DNA of 64,000 nt from Octopus sinensis (Eukaryota): the NCBI RefSeq assembly GCF_006345805.1, contig NC_043000.1:80538001-80602000 (forward strand). The letters are read 5' to 3'. The notes below the pieces were generated by a model, which was not told the DNA's origin, did not search any database, and worked only from the letters and a program-made list of their open reading frames with translations. The position numbers and the translations under genes are program-made. This document shows, in pieces, positions 11,831 through 22,644 of the stretch (positions are counted from its first letter, which is position 1; each line of letters opens with the position of its first letter).

Positions 11831-12505
11831 TCTATGCTTATTTGCATAAGAATAGAATATATTATATATAATATAAATGTAACTAAACTAGTGACCAGCA
11901 ACAGTGATAGAATAATAAGTTTCATCACCATCACCCCCTCCAGTGAACAGCTACATGGAGTGAAATATTTTTCAGTAAAATTTCTTTTCAGATCACTGTC
12001 AATGGAAAAATTAGAGTCCAGATATTGGACACTTCCAACATATTCAATTCAATTCAACTACAGCCAATAGAAAATCACCGAGAGAGACACTGCCTCTATT
12101 CAATGGAGGCAGTGGCACCTCATGCCTGTCTGTGTATATAATTGATATGTATGTACTAAATTGTTAAGTAATAAATTGTTAAGTAGGAATCATTCATCCA
12201 TTTGCAGACATAAGTCTGCCAGTATAAAGTGCCTGTTAAAAGAAGTGCATAATTTACTGAGAATCAGTAATTACCAATACAGTATCAAGTTATATGTTCA
12301 ACCACAGCTGAACGGTATAGATAAACTGCAAGCATATTGCCTAGTGGCCTGATTTATTTTTTAAAATTTATCCCCAACATACAAAAGGGTTGCATTCTGA
12401 GAAACAAGGCATTTTCATTGAAATATAAAGAATTTCAACTAGGTGGCCATGTATGGTATATATATATATGTGTGTGTGTATGTGTGTGAAAATGAATGTC
12501 ATTAT

Positions 12506-12591
12506 TACAGGCAAATGGCACGGGCATATGGCATAGTGGTTAAGAGCGTGGGCTACTAACCCTAAGATTCCGATTTCAATTCCAGGCAGTG

Positions 12592-12662
<71 letters not shown>

Positions 12663-12802
12663 CATAACAACATCGAAAAATGCCTTAGGAATGAGAACCC
12701 AGTTTCGAAATTTCCCCAAGACACCTGATGAAGGCTGGAAAGTATATCAGCTGAAACAAGATGAGGATATATATCCGTCAATTGTAAATAATGTAAATAA
12801 TG
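12506..12802 (+). mobile_element. tRNA-headed SINE with internal (TAA)n and hammerhead-like 3' region, 13-bp TSD
   Basis: A box TGGCATAGTGG (12529-12539), degenerate B box, TSD tgaatgtcattat at 12493-12505 and 12803-12815, (tgtaaataa)n tail. Confidence 0.8.
12725..12757 (+). ncRNA. Partial hammerhead ribozyme core (PLE type)
   Basis: CTGATGA A GGCTG-gaaagtatat-CAGCT GAAAC; stem III and cleavage triplet are not recognisable in this copy. Confidence 0.55.
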
Positions 12803-12848
12803 TGAATGTCATTATATTTGTAGATCTGTATTTCGACTTATGTATGCA

Positions 12849-13153
12849 TGCATGGCTCAGTGGTTAGAGTGTTAGGCTCACAATCATGAGGTAGTGAGTT
12901 TGATTCTTGGACTGGGCTGTGTTTTGTGTTCTTGAGCAAGACACTTTATTTCACATTGCCCCAGTTCACTCATCTGTAGAAATGAGTTGTGACATCACTG
13001 ATGTCAAGCTGTATTGACCTTTGCCATTCTCTTGGATAACATCAGTGGCATAGTGAGGGGAGGCTGGTATGCATGGGCAACTGCTGGTCTTCCATAACAA
13101 CCTAGCCTGGACTTATATTATGGTTATTCATGACTGAAGGAGGTCTTCACCCT
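12849..13153 (+). mobile_element. tRNA-derived SINE (CORE-like 'cttgagcaagacacttt' domain), older copy of the family at 63672
   Basis: A box TGGCTCAGTGG, decayed B box, colinear similarity to 63672-64000. Confidence 0.85.
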
Positions 13154-13589
13154 TTTTATGTATGCATAAGCATACATTTGTATTTCTATATATGTATTTA
13201 CACATATAATGCAGTCTAAAGAATGCTAGGTGTACATATATATGTATATATATATATACATTCATGCACACACACTCTCTCTCTCTCTGTCTCTCTCTCT
13301 CACACACACACACATAAATATGTATATACAGGCATTTTATAATATATATATGTAAATTCATCATCATCATCATCATCATTATTACAAACATCCTCAATCT
13401 ATATCTTCTCCCCTATTCAGTCATGGGTTGTTTGAGACATTTTGTTGTAGTGCTTTAAAAACTGGTCTCTAACAAAGCTAGGACTTTATCAATAGAATTT
13501 ATGTAACAACAACACTCAAGTATTACTTAGTGAATTTTAAAAATGTCTCCTTATTCTCACTGTTCCTACAGATTGAAGCATTATTATTA

Positions 13590-14260
13590 TTATTGCTTCA
13601 TATACACTCAACAGATTAGACCGTTGGAAAAGGAAAAATCCTAACATCAAGCTACAACAAGTAACCTTAGATGCCAAGAACCATCCTAAGTATCCTAGCT
13701 GTCCCTTATAACACTGTTTTCTGGAGCTGTACTAAACTGGGTTTTATGCCTATTTCCTCTATGCATCCGTTCAGATCTATCCATCTGTTCCACTATCCAT
13801 CTGTTCAGATCCCAGTGGATTACTTTCCCTAAATTGTCATGTATTTTCTTGTATTCTTTCTGGGTTAGCATGCTGCATTCGCTTACTATATGAGTAATGC
13901 TTCCATCTTTTGATTTGCATAATCTACATTGGGAATCTACTTGATTTTTGTCTATCTTGGCTTTTATCCAATTAGTCCTTATGTTTGATCTTGTGCAGTT
14001 ACTAACAAAATTATTGTCTCCCTCTTCAGCTTTCTTTTCTGCAACCATAACCATGTCTCACTACTTCTATTTGCTGTGACTATCTTTGGGAATCTACCAT
14101 GCAGTGCCTTCTCAGATAATTTCTGTTCTTTTTTCTGGTTTTTAACTTTGTTTGGGTTTTTGGTTTCCCTATGTCTTGATGTGACTCTAGCAGCTTTTAA
14201 TAAACTTTCTTCATTACTACCTACATAGGAGTCTACATCTACTCTAGCCAACTCCATGCA
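13590..14260 (-). mobile_element. R4/Dong-like LINE 3' fragment
   Basis: KALHGRF..WLWLQ...LKRET..L..AQDQ and CRLCKSKDGSITHIVSECSML...HDNLGKVIHWDL; 5' junction in (GAA)n, 3' end at (TAA)n. Confidence 0.85.
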
Positions 14261-14264
14261 GTCT

Positions 14265-14422
14265 TCTTCTTCTTCGTCGTCTTCTTCTTCTTCGTCGTCT
14301 TCTTCTTCTTCTTCTTCTTCTTCTTCTTCTTCTTCTTCTTCTTCTTCTTCTTCTTCTTCTTCTTCTTCTTCTCTTCTTCTTCTTCTTCTTCTTCTTCTTC
14401 TTCCTCCTCCTCCTCCTCCTCC
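14265..14422 (+). repeat. (TTC)n/(TCC)n compound microsatellite
   Basis: Direct reading; explains the poly-E, poly-K and poly-R ORFs. Confidence 0.95.
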
Positions 14423-14764
14423 ATGATCTGTTTCCATGATCTGAATTCAAATTTTACCGAGGTCAACTTTGCCTTTCATCCTTTCAGGGTTGATAAAATA
14501 AGTACCTGTTGATCACTGGGGTCACTGCAACTGACTTATTACTTCCCCTGAAATTGCAGTCTCTGTGCTACAATTTGAAATCAATATCCATTCTGGCATT
14601 TTAGGTTCTGAAATCAAATTCTACAAAGATCTACTTTACTTTTTGTTACCCTGAGGTTGATGAAATGCAGTACCAGTCAAGCACTGGAATCAAGGTCATT
14701 GACTAACCTCAAAACCTCTGGCGTTATGCCTAAATTAGAATCAATTATAAGCATTGTTGCAACT

Positions 14765-14800
14765 TATGTATGTATGTATGTATGTATGTATGTATGTATG

Positions 14801-14831
<31 letters not shown>

Positions 14832-14885
14832 GTATGTATGTATGTATGTATGTATGTATAGATGGATGGATGGATGGGTGGATGT
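14765..14885 (+). repeat. (TATG)n/(GGAT)n microsatellite
   Basis: Direct reading. Confidence 0.95.
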
Positions 14886-15106
14886 ATGTACATATGTGTG
14901 GGTGTGTTGAACAAAATGTCTTCACCGGGTAATGCGGAGTGTAAAATCACTTCTTAGCCACAATTGTTCCCTGCTCTACCCTAACCCAGATAGTAGCACT
15001 CATCAGGGTCCCAGCTAGGGATAAACCAGCATATGTAATGACAATCCACCTGGCCACAGAGATGCAGAAATGTCCTTAGCTGGTGTCAGGGCTCAGTAAA
15101 ACCACC

Positions 15107-15165
<59 letters not shown>

Positions 15166-15948
15166 AGACCCCTAGCTGTTGCCACAGCATTCTTCTAGGA
15201 GAGGAAGAATCTGATGTAAAACTTGAGGTTCCACATGATTACTGGCCATCTCACTTCAGCCTGTCACCAGGTACTAATGGAAACTCAGAGAGAGGTATTC
15301 ACACTGTACATGGGTTTATCACTATAATCCAATGACATACTGATGTTTCTTTATGGTGACCTCATTTGTTGTTCAGTCTACAGAAAGTCCCACAGTAATG
15401 GAAGAGTGGTGACATGTGCTGATCCTACCAGCTGGAAGTACACAATAAATTACAGCTTTCATCTGTTATCCATGCTTCGAATCATGCAGATCTGCAATGG
15501 CACTGGACAGTCATCTGAGAAGTCAAGTATGGAAAGTCAGAAATGCTAATGACAACAAGGAAGCAGAAGAAGACACGTGTGTGTCAGTGTGTGTGAGTGT
15601 GTGTGTGTGTGCCTTTGTGTTTGTCTCCCACCATCACTTGGCAACCAGTGGTTCAGCAAAAGGACCAATAGAACAAGTACTTGGTTTAGAAAAGTAAAAA
15701 TTACTAGGATTGATTTGTTCAACTAAACAACTTCAAGGTGATGCACCAGTATGGCTGCAGTATAATGAGCTAAACAAGTAAAATATAAGTCTTGGCAGAA
15801 GGAAAGATTTAGTTGATAATTCCAAATTTTTACCTGTATAATTCAAGCAAGAATTAGAATAGAACTAGGTGATGGTGGTGATGGTGGTGTATGTTGGAAC
15901 AAAAACAATCAGCAAGAGCATATTATAATTATTTTATATATGAATAAG

Positions 15949-16090
15949 ATTTGCAAGAAAAGGATTATATTTCCAAGTGAAAGCTACAGTATTGTCAATA
16001 GAATATTATGTTTATCAACACCTGAATTCATTTCTGGCTATGGTGATAAATGTCCAACTGATCTTACAAAATTCCAAGAATTTCTCACAG
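15949..16090 (+). CDS. Putative internal exon, host gene A: ICKKRIIFPSESYSIVNRILCLSTPEFISGYGDKCPTDLTKFQEFLT
   Basis: T-rich tract + AAG acceptor, CAG|GTGTGC donor, 142 nt stop-free; phase 0 start fits the exon at 7944-8059. Confidence 0.55.
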
Positions 16091-16469
16091 GTGTGCAACA
16101 GTAAAATTTGGAAGGAATTTCGTTGCCTTCTTTATTTTTAAATTATTGATTTTTTTTTCTTTTTCTTTTGTTATCTCCAATGAAACAGAAGCCATTCTTT
16201 GAAAGACAAATTACATTTTTATTAGTTTTTTTTTCTCTTTATTAATTTATTTTGATTTTTTTTAGTTAGTTTACTTTTTTATATTTTAAATGAATAAATA
16301 AAAAAATCCAAAAGTTAATTCATTAATTTTCTAATCCATGTGAACTGTTTAATGAGAATTGCAAAATTAAAGAATTAATGATTTTGCAAAATAAAAAAGG
16401 AAAAGGAGAGAGAAGAAAGAAGAAATAAGGTACAAGGTTAAAATAAAAAATAAAAACATTACCATTACT

Positions 16470-16910
16470 TATAATGAAAGTTGATGATGATGATGGTGGT
16501 TGTGGTGATGACAATGATGATAAATAATGAAGATTGATGAAGGTGATGATGATGATGTCCATAATGATGCTGCTGCTGCAACGCATGATGACAATGATGA
16601 GCATGAAATAATGATGCTGATGATGATGACGATGACAGTGACTATGATGACAAGAATTACGAGAATGATGGCAGTGATAAATAATGAAGGTTGATGACAA
16701 TAATGACGATGTTATTGATGATGATGATGATGATAATCATGATGCAGCTGCAGCTGATGATGATGAGCATGAAATGATGATCATGATCATGGTCATGACG
16801 ACGACAGCAGTGATGACAAGAATTATGATAATGATGACAGTGATAAATAATGAAAGTTGATGACAATACAGATGGTGCTGCTGCTGATGATGATGATGAT
16901 GACAATGATG
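16470..16910 (+). repeat. Compound GAT/GAC microsatellite with a higher-order duplication of about 170 bp
   Basis: 'gatgagcatgaaat...gatgacaagaatta...cagtgataaataatgaa(g/a)gttgatgacaata' occurs twice. Confidence 0.8.
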
Positions 16911-16972
16911 ATTTGAAACAGTAACCAAATACTAAATATTCAACCTAATCCAATCATTCTGTAATTTTACAG

Positions 16973-17001
16973 ATGAAATTTGGTCTGATGACATCAAATA
17001 A
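16973..17001 (+). CDS. Putative last coding exon, host gene A: (D)EIWSDDIK*
   Basis: ctgtaattttacAG acceptor; phase 1 matches the previous exon; stop TAA at 16999-17001. Confidence 0.4.
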
Positions 17002-17209
17002 CTCATTAAACTATCACAGTACTATCATCAGCATCAGCATTAGAACCACCACCAATACCATCATCATCGACATCACCACAACCATCACCAACATACAATA
17101 TCATCATCATCATCATCATTTCCATTATCATCTTTAACAACAATAACAACAGCAAAGACAATATCATCATTAACATTATCATTAGAATAATATTAGTTTC
17201 CAATTTTCA

Positions 17210-17415
17210 CACAAAGCCAGCAATATCAGGGTACAGGGTAAGTCAATTACACTGAACCCCCCCCCCCCAGTACTCAAATGATACTTATTTTATTGACCCT
17301 GAAATGATGAAAAGCAAAGTCGACCTCAGCAGAATTTGAACTCAGAACATTGAAATGAACAAAAAGCTGCTAAGTATTTTGCCTGGTATGCTAATGATTC
17401 TGCCAGCTCACCAGC
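17210..17415 (-). mobile_element. tRNA-derived SINE copy
   Basis: Same 'aaagcaaagtcgacctcagcagaatttgaactcagaac' segment as 42729-42964. Confidence 0.8.
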
Positions 17416-18179
17416 TTGGTCATTAGCATAATACTGAATATCATATTCTTTAAGCTAATAATATATCTTCTGTAGTAGAAATAGCAGTTAAATTATACTA
17501 AAATCATAAATTTAAAAAAAAAAATGGAAGCTCGCATCAGCTCCTTTAATCTTAGGTATACTATGTCTGAAAAAAATACTATCACTGTCTTATTGAAGCA
17601 TCTTTGATTACAGAGACTAATTACTTAGACACACCATCCACATAAACAAACGATAGTTAAGGTAATGATAATATGTGTAATGTAGTGATCATGCTGTAGG
17701 ATTGAAACTGGGACCAAGTAACTGCAAACTGAAGTTCTTACTCACTCAACCATGCTTGTGCCTTTGTATAATATTATACATGAAGTGGCATGAAAAATTA
17801 GCTTAATTAGAAGACATAAATTCCAAGTACTCAGAGACACCATGTCCTTGTAAAGTAATAGTTAAGCAAATGCAAACATCTGTAAAATAATGAGCAACAA
17901 ATTATTAAAATAGTGATTGGTCATTGAACTAATGTTGTCTTTTTCTCACCTCACAATCATTTTTAATTAGTTTTTTGATGCTCAAAACAATCAATGTGTT
18001 AACATTAAATCTTTCATCATAAATCTTCTTGATTAAGGCTGACCTGATGCTAATCGACCACATCAACAACATCAGCATCATCACAAACCACTCATGTAGC
18101 CATACTGCATACAGCTATATTCAGTTATGAAATGAGAGCATAGAATAGCAATAACATTCTTGAAATAATAATAATAATG

Positions 18180-18234
<55 letters not shown>

Positions 18235-18235
<1 letters not shown>

Positions 18236-18743
18236 TGAGTGAGAAGGCAGCACATGCCATCAAAGTTACACTGGGATAAAATATACGAAACGCAGAAACC
18301 CATCATGACTACCTGTCTGACAAAGGTACACTAGGCACATGCATCACAACCATATGTGCACAACATGGTGATCTCATATCAAGATAAACAGCACATGATC
18401 TTGCAGGTGGGGCCCAGTTAGAATTTTCTTCTGGTCGAGTAACCCATCCTGCTCAAAAGGTCCCTGAATAAGAGTTGTTTAAGGATGTTGAACAAAGCAC
18501 CCATATTTTCCAGAGGTGAATTATTCAAACCCAAAAGAATCCCTCTCAATATATGGCTATGATGCTCCCCACTACTTCTTCTTGTGATCAGAGATGCACA
18601 TATCGTCAGCCACTAAGGGACATGGTCAACTGGTTAAGGTCAAACAACTGACAAGCAAATCTGTGGTATTGAGCAGAATATTTGCTGTAGCCCATCTTTT
18701 ATACCAAGACAAAACAATGTACATGATAACACTTCCAATCAGT
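18235..18743 (-). mobile_element. (TAA)n-anchored non-coding element
   Basis: Reverse homolog of 2163-2626, extending further 5'; (TTA)n on both sides. Confidence 0.8.
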
Positions 18744-19515
18744 TATTATTATTATTATTATTATCTTATAATAATTCTGCTTGAAATTGCTTTACTTAGC
18801 CTGTTAGTAACACTTTCATGTAATTAGAGAAGAGAGAGAGAAAAAGAGGGAGAGAGAAGCGTCCATGACATGAAGTAGGGGGAATGTAATATTTATTATG
18901 TAGTTAAAGTAGTTAGTTGAAGTTAGAGGAGAGTTAAAAATATAATTTTAGCAGAGGGGTGATGTTCTGATGGTGAAGTTAAAGAAACGCATAGAGAGAG
19001 GGGAGAGAGAGGAGAAAGAGCTGATAATGGTGTTGATGGTAGTGGAAATAGTGGTGATGGTGATGGTGGTGATTGGATAGTGAAAAGTGTTCTCTTTTTT
19101 TATTGAACTAAGTTTTTTATATCACCTATCACTTAACACATGCGCATAAGTGCAATTCCGTGAAATATTCATGCTTATTTGTGTGACAGATATATGCAAT
19201 TTAACTAAAGGTTGTATCATATGTACAGAATATTTTTTTTTTATTTATGGGTTTAATGGAAAAATAAGAGTGACTATTTATTTTATGAGAGCTGTATATT
19301 AAGTTTATAAAATTGTAGATAAATATATAAAGTGCATTAAGTAATCATTGTATTCCAGTTTCTTTCATTTTTTAATGAGTAGCAGATGAGTGACTATTTT
19401 ACCATACAGACACAACACAGGCTACACTTTCAGATATTTTGGATTAAGTTTTGCAGAATTAACCCAATAGGCTTACCATTAATTCTGTGAAATATTCATG
19501 GGTCCTGCTAGCTGC

Positions 19516-19566
<51 letters not shown>

Positions 19567-20847
19567 TGAGTGAGAAGGCAGCACATGCCATCAAAGTTAC
19601 ACTGGGATAAAATATACGAAACGCAGAAACCCATCATGACTACCTGTCTGACAAAGGTACACTAGGCACATGCATCACAACCATATGTGCACAACATGGT
19701 GATCTCATATCAAGATAAACAGCACATGATCTTGCAGGTGGGGCCCAGTTAGAATTTTCTTCTGGTCGAGTAACCCATCCTGCTCAAAAGGTCCCTGAAT
19801 AAGAGTTGTTTAAGGATGTTGAACAAAGCACCCATATTTTCCAGAGGTGAATTATTCAAACCCAAAAGAATCCCTCTCAATATATGGCTATGATGCTCCC
19901 CACTACTTCTTCTTGTGATCAGAGATGCACATATCGTCAGCCACTAAGGGACATGGTCAACTGGTTAAGGTCAAACAACTGACAAGCAAATCTGTGGTAT
20001 TGAGCAGAATATTTGCTGTAGCCCATCTTTTATACCAAGACAAAACAATGTACATGATAACACTTCCAATCAGTTATTATTATTATTATTATTATCTTAT
20101 AATAATTCTGCTTGAAATTGCTTTACTTAGCCTGTTAGTAACACTTTCATGTAATTAGAGAAGAGAGAGAGAAAAAGAGGGAGAGAGAAGCGTCCATGAC
20201 ATGAAGTAGGGGGAATGTAATATTTATTATGTAGTTAAAGTAGTTAGTTGAAGTTAGAGGAGAGTTAAAAATATAATTTTAGCAGAGGGGTGATGTTCTG
20301 ATGGTGAAGTTAAAGAAACGCATAGAGAGAGGGGAGAGAGAGGAGAAAGAGCTGATAATGGTGTTGATGGTAGTGGAAATAGTGGTGATGGTGATGGTGG
20401 TGATTGGATAGTGAAAAGTGTTCTCTTTTTTTATTGAACTAAGTTTTTTATATCACCTATCACTTAACACATGCGCATAAGTGCAATTCCGTGAAATATT
20501 CATGCTTATTTGTGTGACAGATATATGCAATTTAACTAAAGGTTGTATCATATGTACAGAATATTTTTTTTTTATTTATGGGTTTAATGGAAAAATAAGA
20601 GTGACTATTTATTTTATGAGAGCTGTATATTAAGTTTATAAAATTGTAGATAAATATATAAAGTGCATTAAGTAATCATTGTATTCCAGTTTCTTTCATT
20701 TTTTAATGAGTAGCAGATGAGTGACTATTTTACCATACAGACACAACACAGGCTACACTTTCAGATATTTTGGATTAAGTTTTGCAGAATTAACCCAATA
20801 GGCTTACCATTAATTCTGTGAAATATTCATGGGTCCTGCTAGCTGCT
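18235..20847. repeat. Tandem duplication, 1331-bp unit, apparently identical copies
   Basis: 18235-19516 repeats at 19566-20847; identical ORFs at 18594 and 19925 (offset 1331); junctions lie in (TTA)n arrays. Confidence 0.95.
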
Positions 20848-20860
20848 ATTATTATTATTA

Positions 20861-20890
<30 letters not shown>

Positions 20891-20891
<1 letters not shown>

Positions 20892-21110
20892 AGAGCGAGA
20901 GCAATGTATGCCATCGAAATGACACCAGAGTACAAAGAATATGATACCCAATATATCCATCATGACTACCTGTCTGATAACAGTACACCAGTCACATGCA
21001 TCACAACCATATACACATGACATGGTGGTCTCATATCAAAATAAACAATGCATGACCTTGCAGGTCAGGCCCAGTTAGAATTTTCTTCAGGTCGAGTAGC
21101 CTGTCCTGCT
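20891..21110 (-). mobile_element. (TAA)n-anchored element, short and more diverged copy
   Basis: Same anchored end, truncated after about 220 bp. Confidence 0.75.
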
Positions 21111-21132
21111 TTATCATTATTATTATTATTAA

Positions 21133-21345
21133 TGTGGTGAGCTGGCAGAATTGTTAGCATGCTGGGCAAAATACTTAGCAGTATTCCGTCCATCTTTATA
21201 TTCTGAGTTCAATTTCCACCAAGGTCGACTTTGTCTTTCATCCTTTTGGGGCTGATAAATTAAGTACCAGTTATGCTCTGGGGTTGATGTAATCAACTAG
21301 TCCCCTCCCCCAAATTTCAGGTCTTGCGCACATAGTGGGAAGGAT
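21133..21345 (+). mobile_element. tRNA-derived SINE copy
   Basis: 'gagctggcagaattgttagc' (A box) and 'gagttcaatttcc' (B box). Confidence 0.8.
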
Positions 21346-21369
21346 TATTATTATTATTATTTGCTGCAG

Positions 21370-21940
21370 AATTCATCAGATGTATTTTGAACATGCTGTG
21401 TAAGTATGGTCTTGAAAGGACATTGAAATAATATGAGTATAAACCAGAAGGTGTCATCAAGGATGAGTGTTAGCTCTTATAGGATTTTACTATGCAGTGT
21501 GATTTAGTGATTGATGCTCGGTGACCAGACATTGTTGTCATTGATAAAATGAAAAAGGAAAGCAAGATCATATTTGGGTATGTACGAGTGGCTGATAAAG
21601 AGTTGGAAAAGATTGAGAAGTACAAGCCACTAAAAGATGAGAGTGCACAAATATGGGCAATGAAAAAAGTAGCTGTTATCCCATAGTTGTAGGGGCACTG
21701 GGGGAATTAACAACCAGATTTGAGAAATTTGTTGGAGAAACTGAGATTGACATGATGGTAGAATGTACTCAAAAAACTGCTTTAGTGGGGACAGTGAGCA
21801 TTTTGAGATTGGTACTTGGATGTTAAGTATCATGGAAGTATCATGACTTTGTGAGATCATTGACAGGTTCCACTCTGACACAATTGAGAGCATAAAATTG
21901 AGAGCTCTGAGAAGTGAAATGACAATAATAATAATAATGG
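21370..21940 (+). mobile_element. R4/Dong-like LINE 3' fragment (RLE domain)
   Basis: Broken translation KYGLER..YEYKPEGVI..DFTMQCD...PDIVVIDK...EKIEKYKPLKDE..IW.MKKV..IVVGALG...QKTALVGT..ILRLVLG; ends at (TAA)n. Confidence 0.8.
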
Positions 21941-22608
21941 TTTCTGATTTAAGCACAAGAGAAATAATTTGAAGAGCAGGGTTGAAGTGATACCACTGAC
22001 CTCAGTACATGACTGATACTTTATCTTATAAACTCTAGAGAGATGAAAGGCAATGCTGACTGTTACATAATTTGAACTCAGAACATAAAGAGTCAGAATG
22101 AATATCACAACACTCCAATGCATCTGCCAACTTGTTATCTTTAAATAATCGTTTCTATAGGCACAAGGTCTGAAATTTAGGAGAAGGGCAGTTAATTAAA
22201 TCAATGCTGGTACTTAACTGGTACATTGTTTTTATCTACCAGGAGAGATGAGAGACAAAGCTGACACTTGTAGAACTTGAACTAAGCAAAATAGGTCTCC
22301 AGAATCTTTTATAGCAGCAGTACCAGATTAGATCAATGTGAGACATTTTTCCACAGACTAGAGGGACCACGCACATAACAAAACACAATAAAATGTATAA
22401 TACATAATATAATAATTATAGATGTAGTATATTTGCATCGTTCTCCTGAAAAGATCTGAAAATCACTGAAAATCACTGGAAGATGTGTTTTTCCCCCCAA
22501 AATTGAAAATATTTCTGCTCATATATAGAACCGATAGCATCTCTACACAATATCTGAAGTAGAGTGTTTTAGCTGAGGTATATAACAGAATTTATTTATT
22601 TCGCACAG

Positions 22609-22644
22609 GGAACATATCCTTCATGATATCGTTAGAAGTACATG
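22609..22644 (+). CDS. Possible 36-nt exon (e.g. EHILHDIVRST), gene assignment unclear
   Basis: tttatttatttcgcacAG acceptor and ATG|GTAAAA donor in unique sequence; two frames are open. Confidence 0.3.

Noticed and set aside
18594-18827. Duplicated 77-aa ORF MHISSATKGH... (also at 19925)
   Set aside because: It is an antisense reading of the TAA-anchored repeat running into (TTA)n; its identity only reflects the tandem duplication.
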